The notes under the pieces were generated by a model. That model was not told where the DNA came from. It saw only the letters and a program-made list of their open reading frames with translations, and searched no databases. A DNA stretch of 63,768 nt, the filler included. It is 7 parts of 7 records of this genome, joined end to end, with 100 filler letters (N's around TTAATTAATTAA, not from the genome) between each part and the next. Parts side by side here need not be neighbours in the genome. Positions count along the whole stretch, not along the records: positions 48,071 to 55,665 come from SRR20825010_6886; positions 55,766 to 60,160 come from SRR20825010_6887; positions 60,261 to 63,768 come from SRR20825010_6908; 4 more parts are not named here. One strand, 5' to 3'. Shown in pieces: positions 49,002 through 62,306 of this stretch. The position numbers were made by a program, and so were the translations under genes. Position 1 is the stretch's first letter; every line of letters begins with the position of its first letter.

Positions 49002-50180
49002 TTAAGCAGTTTTAAGTCTTGATCTATTTCCAAATGCAGCGCTGTTAGCACTACTTCCTTGAGATTCATCTTGATGATCACCACGACTCACTGACAGGAT
49101 GATTCCCAAAGAAATCCCCGTGAATACCAATGATGTTCCTCCCATACTTAAAAGAGGAAGTGGCAAACCTGTAATCGGGCCTAAGCCAACGGCTACAGCC
49201 ATATTTACCAATGCTTGGATTACTAGAGCGAAACTCAGTCCCGCAGACAGCAATCCTCCAAATGCTTTGTTTGAATTCGCCACGATTCGCATACCTCTAT
49301 ACAGAAGCGCGAGGTAAAGGAACAGCACAGAGAATCCTCCGATCAGTCCATATTCCTCTATTATGATAGCGTAGATAAAATCTGAATATGGATGTGGAAG
49401 GGAGTTTCTCTGCTCAGAATTCCCTGGGCCTTTCCCCCCGATTCCACCGGTAGCAATAGCGATATATGATTGCTCAGCTTGAAATGGAATCTCATCCTTG
49501 TTCATGAAGTCTTCCACTCGAGACACTAGCGTCGCTCCTCTTTGGCCAATGAATCCCGCAGCAGTCAAGCCTAAAGCTCCTACCAACAATACCATCGCTA
49601 GGTATTTTACTGGCACTCTTCCAATAAACATGATCAAAAGACAGGTCACCAATAGAAGAATGGCTGTAGAGAAATTTGCCATAGCAATCAATCCGGAGAT
49701 CAAACCTATAGCGATTATGATAGGCACGAAAGTGCTCTTGAAGTCTTTAATATTATTTTGACGCTTAGCCAGCATTCCTGCTATGGAAGCGATCAAGGCA
49801 AGTTTCGCCAAATCTGAAGGCTGGAAAGCCTGGTTGATTACCGGAATAGTGATCCAGCGATTAGCTTCATTGATATTAGAGCCAAACAAGTAAGTAACTA
49901 GCAAGAGTGGGATAGATATAATCACTCCCAACCGAGCATAAACGGCATACTTTCTATATGGAATCTTATGTGCAAACCACATCACTACCAACGACACGAA
50001 AATCAACATGGAATGTCTGATCAGATAGATTTCGGTATTGCCTCCAGCATACTTATAGGCCAACGAACCCGTAGCAGAATACACGACCAGAATACTGAAA
50101 AGAGACAATAGAATGACTATACCCCAAATAATTGGGTCGCCTTTAAAATTCCTGTCTATCCATGCTTTAAACTGTGTCAT
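49002..50180 (-). CDS. ftsW: SEDS peptidoglycan polymerase FtsW
   Basis: [32 protein letters not shown]; position in dcw cluster. Confidence 0.95.
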   Translation of the reverse strand: MTQFKAWIDRNFKGDPIIWGIVILLSLFSILVVYSATGSLAYKYAGGNTEIYLIRHSMLIFVSLVVMWFAHKIPYRKYAVYARLGVIISIPLLLVTYLFGSNINEANRWITIPVINQAFQPSDLAKLALIASIAGMLAKRQNNIKDFKSTFVPIIIAIGLISGLIAMANFSTAILLLVTCLLIMFIGRVPVKYLAMVLLVGALGLTAAGFIGQRGATLVSRVEDFMNKDEIPFQAEQSYIAIATGGIGGKGPGNSEQRNSLPHPYSDFIYAIIIEEYGLIGGFSVLFLYLALLYRGMRIVANSNKAFGGLLSAGLSFALVIQALVNMAVAVGLGPITGLPLPLLSMGGTSLVFTGISLGIILSVSRGDHQDESQGSSANSAAFGNRSRLKTA

Positions 50181-51529
50181 GCGATGGTTTTAGAGTTAAG
50201 GTTTTCAACAGCCTCGCGAAATTGATTGCCGCGATCTTCATAATTTTTAAACAAGTCAAAGCTTGCACATGCTGGTGATAGCAAGACTATGTCTCCAGCT
50301 TCTCCAAGCATTTGTCCCCACTTCACTGCTTCTGAAATATCCTGAGTTTCACGGATGTCACTTACCACTGACCCGAAAGCCATTTTCAATTTCTCGTTGT
50401 CTTTGCCAAGGCATATCAATGATTTCACTTTATGACTTACCACGGGCAAAAGGACAGAGTAATTATTCCCTTTATCCACTCCACCTGCAATCCAGATTAA
50501 TGGATTCTCGTAGCTAGCCAGGGCATAAGCTGTGGCCTCCACGTTAGTGCCTTTGCTGTCGTTGACAAACGTGACACCATCCACTTCTCTGATATGCTCC
50601 ATACGGTGCGGGGCATTCTTGAAAGTTTTTAATCCAGCTAGTAATGCTGCTTCATTCACTCCAGTAATCAATGCTGCTGTAGCAGCACAAAGGGCATTCA
50701 AAATATTATGCTTCCCTTTTATAGGAAGGATGTTAAGCGGAATAGATGCTGACTGCTCAGCTATGGTGATCTCCAAAGTATTTCCATTGAAAAAGCCACC
50801 ACTTTTTTGCTCAGTTTCTAAAGAAATCCAGTTTAAAGCAGGTAGAATAGCTCGGTATTTTAACCCTTCCAAAGTCAAGAAATCCTGATCACACAGGATT
50901 GCCTGATCCGTGACTTTCATATTTTTGAAAATAGAAAACTTAGAATCGATGTATTTATCAATTTGATAGTCGTATCGATCAAGATGATCTGGAGTGATAT
51001 TCGTAAGAATACCGATAGCAGGCTTGAAGTTTTCAAACCCATCGATTTGGAAGCTGCTACATTCGATCACCCACCACTCGTGATCTCCCTCGAGTAATTG
51101 GACAGCCCAGCTTTTACCAACATTTCCAGCCAATCCCACATCAAGTCCTGCCTCTTTCATCAAGTGGTAGGCAAGAAGTGTGGTCGTGGTTTTTCCATTT
51201 GTACCAGTGATGGCAATCACTTTACCTTTGCTATAGCCAAATGCAAATTCCAACTCATCTATAACATGAATTCTAGCTTTTATCGCTTTTTGAACAATTG
51301 CTACATTAGAAGGAATCCCTGGGCTTTTGATTATCAGGTCAGCATTTAGGATTTGCTCTTCCGTATGTATTCCTTCTTCAAATGGAATCTCTAAACTCTG
51401 CATTTCAGCTTTTCTAGCTTCAGAAATCTGTCCTGCATCTGAAACGAAAACGGCATAGCCCTTCTGTCTGGCGAGCATTGCTGCTCCCAATCCGCTTTCT
51501 CCTGCGCCCAGAACGACTATTTTTTTCAT
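50177..51529 (-). CDS. murD: UDP-MurNAc-L-Ala--D-Glu ligase
   Basis: [35 protein letters not shown]. Confidence 0.97.
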   Translation of the reverse strand: MKKIVVLGAGESGLGAAMLARQKGYAVFVSDAGQISEARKAEMQSLEIPFEEGIHTEEQILNADLIIKSPGIPSNVAIVQKAIKARIHVIDELEFAFGYSKGKVIAITGTNGKTTTTLLAYHLMKEAGLDVGLAGNVGKSWAVQLLEGDHEWWVIECSSFQIDGFENFKPAIGILTNITPDHLDRYDYQIDKYIDSKFSIFKNMKVTDQAILCDQDFLTLEGLKYRAILPALNWISLETEQKSGGFFNGNTLEITIAEQSASIPLNILPIKGKHNILNALCAATAALITGVNEAALLAGLKTFKNAPHRMEHIREVDGVTFVNDSKGTNVEATAYALASYENPLIWIAGGVDKGNNYSVLLPVVSHKVKSLICLGKDNEKLKMAFGSVVSDIRETQDISEAVKWGQMLGEAGDIVLLSPACASFDLFKNYEDRGNQFREAVENLNSKTIA

Positions 51530-51534
51530 TTCTA

Positions 51535-52746
51535 TTATCTAAGTTTTAGTGTTGCCAAAGTGATCACTGCCAATAAAATCCCTACAATCCAGAATCGAGT
51601 TACGATCTTGGCTTCAGGTATATTTTTCTTTTGGTAGTGGTGATGCAGTGGAGACATCAAGAATATTCTCTTGCCCTCACCGTATTTTTTTCTCGTGTAT
51701 TTGAAATAGCCCACTTGGAGCATGACACTGACATTTTCTATAACAAACACCCCACACATTACCGGTATCAGTAATTCTTTGCGAAGCGTCAAAGCCAAAA
51801 CTGCTATCACTCCACCCAGCATCAAGCTGCCCGTGTCGCCCATGAAAACCTGAGCTGGATAAGCATTGTACCAAAGGAAACCCACACATGCTCCAACAAA
51901 TGCCGAAGCAAAAATCACCAGCTCCCCTGAGTTGGGGATGTACATGATATTGAGGTATTGGGAGAAAATGGCGTTGCCGCTGATGTAGGCAAAAATCGCA
52001 ATGGTAATACCAATGATAGCCGAAGTACCAGCCGCAAGTCCGTCTATCCCATCCGTGATATTTGCACCATTGGAAACAGCCGTAATGATAAAGGTCACCA
52101 CGAAAATGTAGAGAATAGGAGTCATCGCCTCGCCCATGAAGCCAAGCATAGTCTCGTAATTCAACTCATTATTTTTGGTAAAAGGAATGGTGGTTTTCGC
52201 CACTTTCACATCTCTGTAAGCTGGTGTCTCTACCACGCCTTCTTCTATGGAAACCGGATTGGTAAATTCACGAATCACAACACTCTCATTAAAATAAAGC
52301 GTAGAACCCACGATAATACCGATACCGATCTGACCGATAATTTTAAATCTACCGGCTAGACCTTCCTTGTTTTTCTTAAAAACCTTAATATAATCATCTA
52401 CAAAGCCTATCGCTCCTAACCAAACAGTAGTAATAAGGAGTAGGATGATGTAGATATTATTAAGATCTGCGAAAAGCAAAGTTGGGATCAAAATGGCAGC
52501 CATGATCATCAAGCCACCCATCGTAGGCGTGCCTTTCTTCTCCTGCTGACCTTCCAGACCAAGATCTCTTACAGTTTCTCCGATCTGCTTATTTCTGATC
52601 CAAGCGATGATTTTGTGACCGAAGGATATCGTAATGATTAATGAAAAAAGCGATGCCATTCCCGCACGAAACGAGATATATCTAAACACCCCTGTTCCAG
52701 GGATATCAAGCACTTTGTCCAAATAATCAAAAAGAGGATATAACAT
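51535..52746 (-). CDS. mraY: Phospho-MurNAc-pentapeptide transferase
   Basis: [35 protein letters not shown]. Confidence 0.97.
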   Translation of the reverse strand: MLYPLFDYLDKVLDIPGTGVFRYISFRAGMASLFSLIITISFGHKIIAWIRNKQIGETVRDLGLEGQQEKKGTPTMGGLMIMAAILIPTLLFADLNNIYIILLLITTVWLGAIGFVDDYIKVFKKNKEGLAGRFKIIGQIGIGIIVGSTLYFNESVVIREFTNPVSIEEGVVETPAYRDVKVAKTTIPFTKNNELNYETMLGFMGEAMTPILYIFVVTFIITAVSNGANITDGIDGLAAGTSAIIGITIAIFAYISGNAIFSQYLNIMYIPNSGELVIFASAFVGACVGFLWYNAYPAQVFMGDTGSLMLGGVIAVLALTLRKELLIPVMCGVFVIENVSVMLQVGYFKYTRKKYGEGKRIFLMSPLHHHYQKKNIPEAKIVTRFWIVGILLAVITLATLKLR

Positions 52747-52747
52747 C

Positions 52748-54211
52748 TCAGCTTTGTGTCAATTGTTGTAAAAACTCGGTTACTATTTCAGTATCATCAA
52801 AGTGATGCTTCACCCCTTTGACTTCCTGATAATCCTCATGGCCTTTGCCAGCGATAAGGATGATATCTCCTTTTTGCGAAAGCATGCAAGCCGTTTTAAT
52901 AGCTTCTCGACGATCCACAATAGTTAATGTTTTTCTGATTTCAGACGGGCCTACGCCAGCCTGCATATCCTTCAATATTTCCTCAGGCTCCTCAAAGCGA
53001 GGATTGTCGGAAGTAAGAATTGCTTTATCACTTTCCTGAACAGCGATCTTTGCCATAACAGGACGCTTGGTTTTATCTCTATTTCCTCCACAGCCCACGA
53101 CTGTGATCAGTTGCTCGCCGCCAGTTCGTGCTCCGTTGATTGTCTTCAGTACATTGTCCAAAGCATCTGGCGTATGTGCATAATCCACGATGGCAGTAAT
53201 GCCGGCAATGGAAATTCTATCAAAACGGCCTTTGGCTCCACGAATTCCAGATAGCTCACGAAGAACTTCATCCTCCTCTTCACCCAAAAGAACCGTGACA
53301 CCCAATACCGCCAACAGATTGTAAGCATTGAAGGCACCGATCATTCTGAACCAAATCAACTTGCCGTTAATTTCTAGCTCTAAGCCTTCAAGCGTGTTGG
53401 AGATGATTTTGGCTTTGAATTCAGCTGGAGATTTCAGCGCAAAAAACTGATGCGAAGCTTTGCAATTCTGAAGCATGACAGATCCGCGCTTATCGTCACC
53501 GTTTACTAGTGCGAAAGCATCTTTTGGAAGCTCATCAAATAACTTTTTCTTAGCCTTGATGTACTCGTCAAAGGTGCCATGATAATCCAAGTGGTCATGG
53601 CTTATATTTGTAAAAACAGCTCCAATTAACTTCAATCCAGCTATTCTCTCTTGCACAATCGCATGAGAACTCGCTTCCATAAAGCAGTGGGTACATCCTT
53701 CCGCTACCATTTTGCGAAGCAAAGCCTGCACACTTACCGCATCTGGCGTAGTGTGAGTAGCGTGAATTACTGTTTCATTGATCTTATTTTCTACTGTAGA
53801 AAGCAAACCTGTGCTGTAGCCCATTCGCATAAATAACTGATGCAAAAGTGTGGCTGTCGTTGTTTTGCCGTTGGTTCCGGTGATCGCTACGACTTTGATA
53901 CTCTCAGAAGGATTGTCAAAGTAATTGCTTGCCATGATACCTAGCGCACGAGCAGAATTCACTACTTCTACGTAGGTAATTCCATCGATCAATTTCTCTG
54001 GCAATTGCTCACAAACTACAATCTGAGCTCCAAGCCCGATAGCTTTTTCTATAAACTCATGTCCATCAACCTGAGTGCCTTTAATAGCTACAAAAGCACT
54101 TCCCTCCGTCACCTGACGACTGTCAAAGACAATATCTTTCACCCCTAACTCCATGTCTCCGGTAGTAGAGGTAAGTGATACTTTATATAATATGTCTTTC
54201 AGTACTTTCAT
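52748..54211 (-). CDS. murE: UDP-MurNAc-tripeptide synthetase (meso-DAP adding)
   Basis: [36 protein letters not shown]. Confidence 0.97.
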   Translation of the reverse strand: MKVLKDILYKVSLTSTTGDMELGVKDIVFDSRQVTEGSAFVAIKGTQVDGHEFIEKAIGLGAQIVVCEQLPEKLIDGITYVEVVNSARALGIMASNYFDNPSESIKVVAITGTNGKTTTATLLHQLFMRMGYSTGLLSTVENKINETVIHATHTTPDAVSVQALLRKMVAEGCTHCFMEASSHAIVQERIAGLKLIGAVFTNISHDHLDYHGTFDEYIKAKKKLFDELPKDAFALVNGDDKRGSVMLQNCKASHQFFALKSPAEFKAKIISNTLEGLELEINGKLIWFRMIGAFNAYNLLAVLGVTVLLGEEEDEVLRELSGIRGAKGRFDRISIAGITAIVDYAHTPDALDNVLKTINGARTGGEQLITVVGCGGNRDKTKRPVMAKIAVQESDKAILTSDNPRFEEPEEILKDMQAGVGPSEIRKTLTIVDRREAIKTACMLSQKGDIILIAGKGHEDYQEVKGVKHHFDDTEIVTEFLQQLTQS

Positions 54212-55665
54212 TTATCCTAATACAAGATTTATAGTTGCGTTTGGAGTTAATTGTGTTCCCGGTGAAATAGACTGGCCTTTCACCCGACCTTTTCCAGAGT
54301 AATTCACTTTCATTCCTTTGTTTTCCAAGATGAAAAGTGCATCTCTAAGTGGTAGACCTGACACATCTGGAACAAGTGATTGATCCGTGTCATTGACGTT
54401 CATTTGCACACTAGCTTCATGAGCCACCGTCTTCACCCATTCTTCTGGATTGGCAGCAGTCGCCTTCAATCCTAATTCCTGGAATATCCCCTGTAGCTCC
54501 TCCGCCTTACCTGCTTGCACATAAGGCAATTGAGTTCCATTTGCTTCGGCTCTAATTATTCCCTTCTGATTCTCAGGGTTCAACTCTACATCAAGTGCGT
54601 AGATTTTGTCTGCTATTTCCTTGAAAACTGGCGCTGAAACATCTCCCCCGTAGGCAAATAGACCCTTAGGGCTATCGATCACCACCACCATGGAATACTT
54701 TGGATGATCAGCTGGGAAGTACCCAGCAAAACTCGTATAGTAATTCTTAGTGTATTTCCCGTTTAGAAGCTTCTGCGCAGTACCTGTTTTGCCGGCGATT
54801 TTATAATCTGCGTTAGCAATATTTCTTGCAGTCCCTTTTTCCACTACCCCTTCCAGAAGACTCTGTAGAAGTTTAATATTTTTCTCAGAGGCAATTTGCT
54901 TGCGCACCACCTCAGGCTCATATCGTTGCTCGATGGTATTTCCTCTAGAAACTGACTTTACGATATATGGCTTCATCATCTTTCCACCGTTCGCTACTGC
55001 ATTGTACAATGCCAGCGTATGAAGTGGATTTAGCTTTACTTCGTACCCTATAGAAACCCAAGGGAGAGTAGTTCCATACCAATTTTTATCACCTGGCTTC
55101 TTGAAGTAAGGCTTACCCTCACCGATTAACTGAAAACCAAAAGGCTCTCTCAAACCGACTTTATCTATGTATGCCATGAATTTGGAAGGACTTGCCCCGA
55201 AGTGCTCATCTACCAATTTGGAGATACCTACATTGGAGGATTTTTCGAATGCCTCACGAATAGTCAAGGTTCCGTAACCGCCATTCTTAGAATCACGCAT
55301 CACTTGGTTATAGAATTTGTGTGCACCATTTCCGGTTTCCACAGTTTCTTCTAGAGTGATTTTATTCTCTTCCAAGAGCGCAAGCATGGAAAGCAGTTTG
55401 AAAGTAGAGCCAGGCTCCGTGTTCCCTTGATCACCAATGGCATAATTGTAATTCTCACCATAGCCATTGCCGTTGCTGTTGCGTTGCAAATTGGTAATGG
55501 CCTTGATCTGCCCAGTCTTCACTTCCATCACGATCACCGAACCAAAATCCGCATCCCGATCAGTCAACTGACGACGAAGCGCAGTTTCAGCCACATCCTG
55601 CATATTTACATCCAGCGTAGTGGTGACATCATAGCCATTTTCAGGCTTTACATCTTCTGCGTCAA
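54212..55665 (-). CDS. ftsI: Division penicillin-binding protein with C-terminal PASTA domain (5' end cut)
   Basis: STFK, SSN and KTG transpeptidase motifs; PASTA domain; directly upstream of murE. Confidence 0.92.
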
Positions 55666-55765
55666 NNNNNNNNNNNNNNNNNNNNNNNNNNNNNNNNNNN
55701 NNNNNNNNNTTAATTAATTAANNNNNNNNNNNNNNNNNNNNNNNNNNNNNNNNNNNNNNNNNNNN
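55666..55765. other. Artificial contig spacer
   Basis: N44-TTAATTAATTAA-N44. Confidence 0.98.
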
Positions 55766-56656
55766 TGATGGTTCTGCCGTTTGGAAATAGTCATCTACAA
55801 TGATCGCACCATTGGAGCGGGTTTCAATGCTTGTATTCTCAAGGCCAAGTCCGTCAATGTTTGGGTGGCGACCTGTCGCATACATCACAAGGCCTGCTTC
55901 AATACTGTCACCACTATTGAGGACTGCCCTGAAAAGACCGTTATCCATTTTTTCTATATTCTCGATTTCAGTTGAGAAATGAAGTGTAACACCTTGTTTT
56001 TCAACTTCCTCCTTTAGCACTTCACGCACATCCTGATCAAAACCACGAAGAAACAGGTCACCGCGATACAATAAGTGAGTGTCAACGCCGAGCCCATTGA
56101 ATATCCCGGCAAATTCAATGGCGATATAGCCGCCACCCACGATCACTATGCGCTCAGGGAGGCTATCCAGATAAAAAGCTTCATTAGATGTAATGGCGTA
56201 TTCTTTACCGGGTAAGTCCGGCACAAAGGGTGTACCCCCCGTGGCAATCAATATTTTTTTGCACCGGTATACCTGGTCATTTACTTCAACACTGTCTGGT
56301 CCGAGGATTTTGGCCCAACCTTCAACCAGCTCCACACCGGCCTTATCAAGTAAATTGCCGTAGATATCATTGAGCCGCTGGATTTCACGATTTTTATTAT
56401 CCCGAAGGGTGGGCCAATCGAAACTTGACTCACCCACATGCCAACCGAAGCCCTTGGCAGTACGAAACTCCTCGCGGAACGACGATGCATATACAAAAAG
56501 TTTTTTGGGAACACAGCCGACATTGACGCAGGTCCCACCAAGATACTGGGATTCGGCTACCACGACTCGCAGCCCCTGCTGGGCGCACATGCGTGCTGTT
56601 CTTACTCCGCCAGAACCAGCACCAATCACAAACAGGTCAACATCATGGTCAGCCAT
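55766..56656 (-). CDS. gor: Glutathione-disulfide reductase (3' end cut)
   Basis: [29 protein letters not shown]. Confidence 0.93.
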
Positions 56657-56677
56657 GATTTCTCCTCAATTTCAGGT

Positions 56678-58057
56678 TTATTGTTTAAACCAGGACAGTT
56701 TCTCGTGAAGTTTGACCACATCACCCACAATGATCAAGGTGGGGGCTTTGGCATTGGCTTCACGAACTTTATCTGGCAAAGTTTTTAAGTCGCCAATAAA
56801 GACCCGTTGATTGGCAGTTGTGCCCTTCTCTATCAGAGCTGCCGGTGTCCCGGCTGCCTTTCCGCGTCGAATCAGCTCTCGGCAAATACTTTCCAGTCCA
56901 CTGAGCCCCATATAAAACACCAGGGTCTGGTTGGGTGAAACAAGATCCTGCCAGTTCAAATCCAGTGAATTGTCTTTCAGGTGGCCTGTTATGAAGCGCA
57001 CCGACTGTGCATAATCCCGGTGGGTCAGGGGTATGCCCGCATAGCTGGCACAACCTGAGGCGGCTGTTATACCCGGTACAACCTGAAAAGGAATTCCATA
57101 TTCCGCCAGGTGTGAAATTTCTTCGCCACCACGGCCAAAAATAAAAGGGTCGCCTCCCTTCAGGCGCAAAACACGTTTGCCCTGCAGGGCATATTCAGCA
57201 AGCTTTTCATTGATATTATCCTGCGTAACCGGATGGTCTCCAGCAGTTTTTCCCACATAGACCAACTCTGCATCACGGCGCACCAGCGCCAACACTTCCT
57301 TTGAAACCAACCGGTCATAAAGGACGATATCTGCCTTCTGCATCAAGCGCAGTGCACGAAATGTCAGAAGATCCGGATCGCCCGGCCCGCCTCCAACCAG
57401 ATACACCTCTCCGAGTTTTTTCGAAGCGGGATTAGCTAATTTCTGCTGAATGCGACTCTCGGCTTCATCCAGTTTTTCTGCGTAAACCAATTCAGCAATG
57501 TCACCTTCAAAAACATCTTCCCAGAAAGCTTTACGAGAAAGACCATCAGCTATTTTACGCTTAACCAGATCACGATATTTTCCCGCCAATGCAGCAAGCT
57601 TGCCATAACCAGACGGGATTGATGATTCCAGCCGGGTACGAAGCATTCTCGCTAACACCGGCGCGGTACCCGCACTGCTGATGGCAATTTGTACTGGTGA
57701 CCGGTCAACAATAGAGGGAAAAATGACGCTACACAGTTCAGGGCTGTCTACCACGTTGACAGGAATGTTCTTGGTCTGGGCGAGCGCTGAGATACGCCTG
57801 TTAACCGCTGTGTCATTCGTGGCCGCAACCACCAAGACCGCTCCATTGAGGTCAGCATCCTCAAACTCACGGTTTACAAGTGTCAGGCAAAATTCACGGG
57901 CCAGTTTTTGAATGGATGAATTAATCTCTGGTGCAATTACCTCAATAGCAGCGCCAACAGCAATTAGCTGACGAAGCTTTCGCAGGGCTATTTCGCCGCC
58001 ACCAACCATGACACAGCGCCTATCGCGGAGATTATGAAATAACGGTAACAGGTCCAT
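56678..58057 (-). CDS. cysG: Siroheme synthase (multifunctional)
   Basis: [11 protein letters not shown]-terminal dehydrogenase/ferrochelatase region; [11 protein letters not shown] and [16 protein letters not shown] methyltransferase region. Confidence 0.96.
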   Translation of the reverse strand: MDLLPLFHNLRDRRCVMVGGGEIALRKLRQLIAVGAAIEVIAPEINSSIQKLAREFCLTLVNREFEDADLNGAVLVVAATNDTAVNRRISALAQTKNIPVNVVDSPELCSVIFPSIVDRSPVQIAISSAGTAPVLARMLRTRLESSIPSGYGKLAALAGKYRDLVKRKIADGLSRKAFWEDVFEGDIAELVYAEKLDEAESRIQQKLANPASKKLGEVYLVGGGPGDPDLLTFRALRLMQKADIVLYDRLVSKEVLALVRRDAELVYVGKTAGDHPVTQDNINEKLAEYALQGKRVLRLKGGDPFIFGRGGEEISHLAEYGIPFQVVPGITAASGCASYAGIPLTHRDYAQSVRFITGHLKDNSLDLNWQDLVSPNQTLVFYMGLSGLESICRELIRRGKAAGTPAALIEKGTTANQRVFIGDLKTLPDKVREANAKAPTLIIVGDVVKLHEKLSWFKQ

Positions 58058-58085
58058 GGTTAAACTCTGGCTCTAAGACGCCCAA

Positions 58086-59757
<1,672 letters not shown>

Positions 59758-59761
<4 letters not shown>

Positions 59762-60160
59762 TCATTCCCCTGATAACGTTTGACAGTGCTCGCTCCATCA
59801 AGAGTACGAAGATGGCGTAGTTTTTCGGCAATCTGTTTCTCTAACCCCCGGTCTGAAGGGAAGTAGTACTGCTTGTTTTTGAGCGCCTCGGGAAAATAAT
59901 TTTCTCCGGGTGAGTAGGCCCCTGGCTCATTGTGCGAATAACGATATTCTGCGCCATAATCAAGGGATTTCATCAGCGCTGTGGGTGCATTTCGCAAATG
60001 CAGGGGAACATCATGGCTTGGCATTCTGCGCACATCATCTTTGGCCTGATTAAAGGCCTGATAAACAGCATTGCTCTTGGGGGCTGCCGCAAGATAGAGA
60101 ACAGCTTGGGCAATAGTCAACTCGCCCTCGGGACTACCCAAACGCTCCTGGGTTTGCCAG
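59758..60160 (-). CDS. rarA: Replication-associated recombination protein A, C-terminal part (5' end cut)
   Basis: GSPEGEL; APKSNA; VPLHLRNAPT; YRYSH; rarA-crcB-serS gene order. Confidence 0.93.
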
Positions 60161-60260
60161 NNNNNNNNNNNNNNNNNNNNNNNNNNNNNNNNNNNNNNNN
60201 NNNNTTAATTAATTAANNNNNNNNNNNNNNNNNNNNNNNNNNNNNNNNNNNNNNNNNNNN
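60161..60260. other. Artificial contig spacer
   Basis: N44-TTAATTAATTAA-N44. Confidence 0.98.
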
Positions 60261-60366
60261 ACTGTTCACCCCAATGGGACAGTATTATGAGTTTTCACAT
60301 GAAAAATTTGTGCGTCGAACACCAGATTTCCGGCACCAGACCCGGTGAAAAAGGCCCGGCACGAAC

Positions 60367-60492
60367 ATGACCTTTGCCATTTGCAAACGCTGCCTCATCA
60401 AATCCGGGGCATTCAGGCCGATCCTTGATGAGGGCAGAGACCACAACGCATTCCACAATGGGTTCGGCGAACGACTGGTGGACGCGCGATGA
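60367..60492 (+). CDS. 41-aa small ORF with CxxC, translationally coupled to the next gene
   Basis: MTFAICKRCLIKSGAF...VDAR; AAAAGG upstream; stop overlaps the 60489 start (ATGA). Confidence 0.35.
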   Translation: MTFAICKRCLIKSGAFRPILDEGRDHNAFHNGFGERLVDAR

Positions 60493-61601
60493 TGTTCACC
60501 CCGACACTGGAACGGCTCGCCTCTGTCGACGTGAGTGACCTCACCGAAATGCACAAGGTCAGGCAAACGTGGGCAGAGATTTGCGCCACGGACTTTGACC
60601 ACTTTGACACGCTTTATGAACTGATCATCGACGCAGGCGAAACGCTTTTGGGCGGGACGCACCGTCCCGACCCCGCCCATAAGTTCACTCCGAAATCCGC
60701 CACGGTTTTCCTGACGACTGTATCCGACCAACGTTACCTGACTGCGATCGGTTCACGACCTGCGATCCAGACACGCTTGGCACGGCATAACGAAAAAATC
60801 CTGTGGCTGATCCGCCAGATGACCGCAGCGGCAAAGCAGCAACCAGAGCTTGCCCAGCCGGTGGACGCGCTTATTTCGCTCTATTTTCATCATGCCTCGG
60901 CAACGGGTGACGGCATAAAGCTATACGCCGGTGTGGTGCGCGTCCTTCCCGATGTCTTGATGTCGTTTCCCGAACACGCATTCTCGTTCACCCTCTTTCT
61001 CCTTACAGAGGGTTCCGATGCCGCCAAAGACATCGGGCGAATTGTAACCTTTCATGTGGTCCAGCGCGGGGACGTGATGCACACCTTCTGTCAGGAGGTT
61101 GCAAATGGCATCATGGGTCTGACCAGCAGCTCAATCAAAGCACGCTGGCAATTGGGTGCAGCAATTATGGGCCCAGTTGCGCGTGCTGCGCGGGACCAGC
61201 GGCCCGGCATCATCAACGATCTCGTGTCGGGGTTTGTCCTGACACCGCTCAAATGCAACCCCAGCCACCGCGAGGCAGAAATCGACCGTTTGGAAGCCGA
61301 ACTTACGCAACTGCGCGGTCGGGTCAGGATGTTAGAGGAACGGCTCAAATCCCCAACGCCCATCACGGTACAAGACACCCCGCTGCTCTTCGACATTTCG
61401 CGCGTGCAAAAGGAACTGCACCAAATCAAGACCGATTTTGAGGATTGGAAGGGCGAACACTGGGATTTGGCAGTCCGCCATATCGCGTCCCAGCCAGACA
61501 AACGCGCCACGCTGGAGGCGATCCAGACCGGACTGTCCCCGCTCCGGAACGATACACTTGACCACCTCCTTTCTGACGCGGCGAATTTATCGTCAGCCTA
61601 A
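60489..61601 (+). CDS. Hypothetical alpha-helical protein with a coiled coil
   Basis: 370-aa open frame; heptad segment EIDRLEAELTQLRGRVRMLEERL; no family recognised. Confidence 0.7.
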   Translation: MMFTPTLERLASVDVSDLTEMHKVRQTWAEICATDFDHFDTLYELIIDAGETLLGGTHRPDPAHKFTPKSATVFLTTVSDQRYLTAIGSRPAIQTRLARHNEKILWLIRQMTAAAKQQPELAQPVDALISLYFHHASATGDGIKLYAGVVRVLPDVLMSFPEHAFSFTLFLLTEGSDAAKDIGRIVTFHVVQRGDVMHTFCQEVANGIMGLTSSSIKARWQLGAAIMGPVARAARDQRPGIINDLVSGFVLTPLKCNPSHREAEIDRLEAELTQLRGRVRMLEERLKSPTPITVQDTPLLFDISRVQKELHQIKTDFEDWKGEHWDLAVRHIASQPDKRATLEAIQTGLSPLRNDTLDHLLSDAANLSSA

Positions 61602-61682
61602 ATCCAGCATGGGCCGCGCTCTGGTTCCAGCCGAACGCTTGATCCATGCTCAGGCGACCGGAGATAACCTTGGTGAGTAAAA

Positions 61683-61889
61683 ATGAACGATGAAAAGCAA
61701 GGCGGCGCAGGCCCCGCCGCAGACGAAACCACGCATCACGCCATCGACCGGACCGTGATCGCCGATGTGCTCAACTGCTATGCGCATGGTGGCACGACAG
61801 AGCAGAGCGCCATCAGCGCCGGTGTGGATGTGGCCACCGCCCATAAAATAATTGCAGACGCCATCGCCGCGCAAAAAGGACCAAAGTGA
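61683..61889 (+). CDS. Small hypothetical protein, possible helix-turn-helix
   Basis: GGTGAG RBS-like sequence before the ATG; GGTTEQSAISAGVDVATAHKII fits an HTH pattern. Confidence 0.5.
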   Translation: MNDEKQGGAGPAADETTHHAIDRTVIADVLNCYAHGGTTEQSAISAGVDVATAHKIIADAIAAQKGPK

Positions 61890-62248
61890 CCGACTCCCGT
61901 TGATTGACGGAAATCGGAACTCAACCATTTTGCTATGGGCCTTGATGCCCTCCCGCCGACGATCCCAAACTTGAACAGGTCGCGTCCGGCCAACGACACG
62001 TCCGTTTTCAAGGTCGGCAAAGCGCGCAAAAGGTCGGTCAGGTTGGTTTTTCGGATCAGATCACACAACGAGGACACATTTGGGCAACCTACGCAGCGGC
62101 GCGCGTGGCCCCCGCATCGACCACTGGCCTAGGCCGATGCCGTCGGGCGGAATTCGTCGCCACTTGGCCTGCCCGCAGCCTGCACCAAAGGCGGCCAGAC
62201 GGTCCACCCCGCTGCCCCAAGTGTTACCGAAAGGTAAAACTGCCTCTG

Positions 62249-62298
62249 TAACCCATTGATTTATATTGGGTGAAAGGCTGTCCACGCGTGGACAGCCT
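62249..62298. repeat. IHF-consensus site next to a perfect 24-bp palindrome (REP-like or terminator)
   Basis: Minus strand AATCAATGGGTTA (WATCAANNNNTTR) at 62261-62249; AGGCTGTCCACG-CGTGGACAGCCT at 62275-62298. Confidence 0.6.
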
Positions 62299-62306
62299 AT
62301 TCTGCC

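Noticed and set aside
52746-52748. murF missing between murE and mraY
   Set aside because: Normal for Bacteroidetes dcw clusters, where murF lies elsewhere.
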